Below, piece by piece: positions 60,709-64,000 of a stretch of DNA of 64,000 bases. The notes under the pieces are model-generated. The model was not told the origin of the DNA. It did not search any database and saw only the letters and a program-made list of their open reading frames with translations. A program made the translations under genes and the position numbers. The stretch's first letter is position 1. Every line of letters begins with the position of its first letter. Source of the DNA: the human T2T-CHM13v2.0 reference genome, Homo sapiens. Location of the stretch: the NCBI RefSeq assembly GCF_009914755.1, contig NC_060928.1; one strand, given 5' to 3'.

Positions 60709-63493
60709 TTGACAAATAGATGATAGATAATTACACAGATAGTTATATTTAAAACTTTTAATAACTATGTAAGATAGAGTTTATCACCATTTTATATAGA
60801 TATAACATTTAGCTAATATGCCCAATGTCACCCACATAAAAATTTGGGGACGAGAAACAAAATGGTTTTCTTGTGATGTTCCAAAATGTTCCCTCTCTCC
60901 ACTCTGCCACACGACCTCATGAGTAACAAAGAAGGGTGAAAATAATCTGAAGCCATTTGGCTCAAAAGCCAAAAATGGCAAAAATCTGTGTTCAACTGAC
61001 ATTCCTACATTTCAGTAAAACTAGTTCAAGAGAAAAGAAAGATTTACTGTTAGTAAAAATACATTAAAAACTACAGTCATGAGAATTCCATTCTTATATC
61101 AAATAGTGCAAGAATACACATTCATTTCAGAAAAGAATGTATTCATATGCACCATATTTTATGAGAATTTGCAGATTTTAAAAGGCATAATATTGCCTAG
61201 TTGCCAGAATTTTTTCCACTTAGCATCCTTCAGCTCTGTATTGAAGATTCTGGAAAACACTTTCACCACTTTATGAACCATATGCAGAGTTTGATTCTTC
61301 TCCAATTTTTTTTTCATTTGTTATTATCATCATCAGGAAGGATTACATCTCATCTACTTAGCTGCTAGAATGAAGATTTCAGTTTGGAAGAGAGCCGATT
61401 TCTTTAAAAAAAAAAAAGTTAGCTGCTTCAGGCAACAGTCCTTTTGATCTGCTCATTAACACTTTTCAAATGTTCAAGTGATATGGGCATTCTTTGCGCT
61501 AAAAAATGTCAGCACTGGAGCCTGCAGCCAGCTTGATGCAATCGTATGTTCCAATATTCAGAAAAGAGTGAAAAGAACTGTCAACATTGAATTGCCTTGG
61601 ATTAAAAAAAAAAGATATTGTACAATGACTGTAGACTAAGTAGTATTTCAGAACTGATTTTTGCCAGTGACAAAAAAAATGCCCAATTTATCGGCAATGT
61701 CATCTAGGTGCCTAGGGACCCACAGACAATAGAGAAACATTCTTAGTATTTACAAGAATTTCTTTAAAATATATGGGGGTCTTCCTTTCATTCTCCCTTT
61801 TCTTTTTGATAAGATCAGAGAGGAAGTAAAATGCCTTTCTTTTGACATACAAAAACACAAAGTTCTTACATTACTGCTTGTGAAGTCCTTCTTTTCTGAA
61901 TCCCACAAAGTATCTAACTTCAACATCTAGCCTTCAACATCCTGACCAAAATATGATTCAAGTTATCTCATCCTCTGCTTTTTATTTCTTCCTCGACAAA
62001 CTCATCAATGATCAAATAATTCTACTTTGAACAAGTAAATAAGTAGCCTGAAATCTGGACAATAAATATAATTTAGAATGCTAAATGAGAACTAAGAAGA
62101 ACAGTGTGAGAGTGTATTCTGCCAGGAGTTAAGTAAAGGTGCTTCTGTCAAAGCAAATAAACTGAGACCAGGATGAGTTTGATACTGTCTCGTAAAAGAT
62201 GCTCTGTCGGAAAGCATCACCATGAAAGCATGAAAGACCTAACATCACACTCTATTTCAAGAAGGCAACCAAACATAAATCATTTTAATTAATGGTGTAA
62301 GGAAGGTATATTAAAATTTAAATTACTTATATTTTATTGTGCATTCCAAAAAAGAAATCAGGCTACTCTCAAAGTACCTCAATAAAGGTACCAGGAGCCC
62401 TTCTCAACAATAAAAACAAGTGCAATGTACAGCATTATTACTATTTAGAAAAGAACAGCACAGCTGTTGCTGGCTAACAAAATGATTCTATAGAGTTCCA
62501 GCTAGACATATCATCATCGCGTGAGATCAACTAACTTATAGGCAAATTGGGCTTTAAAAACATAAAAAAGACCATTTGTAAATGGCATTTTAAATTAAGA
62601 TCTATGAGATCTTTATGTAACGTCTTAAATGCACTAAAGAAAAATGAATTTGCAATTTTCCCTTGAGGCTGCAGAACATTGGCCAAGGACACTAAAGCAA
62701 GTGAACATTTGTCATTTTCAGCATATTCAGGTATTATTTGCAGCTATATAACACAATCTAACTGACAACACTACAGAAAGCCTTTGTTTGCCACCTCATC
62801 TGTAATTCATCTGGACTGACTGGTTACCCCAAACTATGCAACTATAGGACTGTCATTTCTCCTATCCTGATTAGTAAAACAAATTTGCTCTTAACTCAAA
62901 ATATCCCCTAATCTAAACAATGATGAAAACATCCATAATTTCTGATGTCACTAACAATTCAAAACAGGATAAGTTTTGTTTTAATGCCTCCTGCCTTTTT
63001 AACCTAGGGAAAAAGACAGGATGCTGATGACGGCTTTGTTAAAGAAAGGCAGTTATAGAGGATGGATATGAGGAAGGATACTCAATGAACAGGATACAGA
63101 CTCTTAAACAGATGTTAAGACATAACCTCACAAAAAATGAGAACTCTTCCCTTCATGGAACAGTTTGAAAACTCAACACAATCTATCATTCACTAATGGT
63201 AGTGCCTAAATATTCAAATTTACATGAGGCTCCTTTTTTATAAGGCTTGCTAGATAAAGGTCTCCAAATATCATTGGTTTAGATTTATACTTTTGTATGG
63301 AAAGCCCACGCACACAGAGGACACTATCTGCAACATTTAGATTACATCACATCTCTCTGTCATTCTTGAAAAGACTCTTTAGTATGAACTGAAAGATTTA
63401 AAATTTAAAAATAGTCTCTTATTAAAAGCATCTTGGCTGACCAGATCTTCTATGGCAGGAGTTTTTCCTTAATCTTTTTTATTATATGCCCCT

Positions 63494-63863
63494 TGATATG
63501 GTTTGGCTCTTTGTCCCCACCCAAATCTCATCTCGAATTGTAATCCCCATAATCCCCACGTGTTGAGGGAGGGACCTGGGTGAGAGGTGACTGAATCATG
63601 GAGGCGGTTTTCCCCATGCTGTTCTCATGATAGTGAGCTCTCACAAGATCTGATTATTTAATGAGGCAGTTTCCCCTCCTCTTACTAGGCCTCTCTTTCC
63701 TTCTTCATGAAGAAGGTCTTTGCTTCCTCTTCACCTTCTGCCATGATTGTAAGTTTCCTGAGGCCTCCCCAGCTATGCAGAACTGTAAGTCAATTAAACC
63801 TTTCTTTATAAATTACCCAGTTTCAGGTAGTTCTTCATAGGAGTGTAAAAATGGACTACTACA
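63494..63863 (+). mobile_element. THE1D-like MaLR solo LTR
   Basis: tgatatggtttggctc...cccacccaaatctcatctcgaattgtaatcccc...aattaaacct...atggactactaca; ~370 bp; 5-bp TSD cccct/ccact. Confidence 0.9.
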
Positions 63864-64000
63864 CCACTCCTTAGCAGTCTGGTGAATCTATCCCATAATA
63901 ATTATTCTAAATTAAAATGTATAGAATTTAAAGGACCCCAATCATATTGAAATGTAATTTTCAAATTTATTTTTTAAAATATGAGATATGGAAATATGTA

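Overview
Human (primate) genomic DNA, AT-rich and repeat-rich, lying inside the 3' part of ANTXR2 (CMG2, anthrax toxin receptor 2), which is transcribed on the minus strand. Four phase-0 coding exons for the cytoplasmic tail are present (49158-49202, 48217-48309, 42349-42516, 41963-42043; canonical exons 13-16). An intronic read-through C-terminus ([13 protein letters not shown], stop at 41921-41923) is also present. Bases 1-41.9 kb are the long last intron, and 49.2-64 kb is the intron before exon 13. The largest insert is a full-length young L1HS Ta-1d element (8119-14151, + strand, 14-bp TSD). Its ORF1 and antisense ORF0 are intact, but a 4-bp deletion frameshifts ORF2 after codon 50. Other content: a decayed 5.5-kb L1PA16-like element with surviving TSD, about 12 Alu/FLAM/FRAM copies, MER66-, LTR16A-, MLT1- and THE1D-type solo LTRs, a Tigger4 element, MIR/L2 remnants, microsatellites, and an intragenic CpG island (~34.8-35.6 kb) rich in TCF/LEF and E-box motifs. 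Exon 13 carries the Pro357 allele, which makes an 8-C run at the known hyaline fibromatosis frameshift hotspot. I found no evidence of a wholly new gene system. The best leads are regulatory or RNA-level hypotheses: the orphan CpG island, an Alu-flanked stop-free exon 13-16 circle, L1 antisense chimeras, and an Alu-L1 chimeric insert in a nested hairpin. Repeat subfamily calls and exon numbering are from recalled consensus sequences, not database searches.
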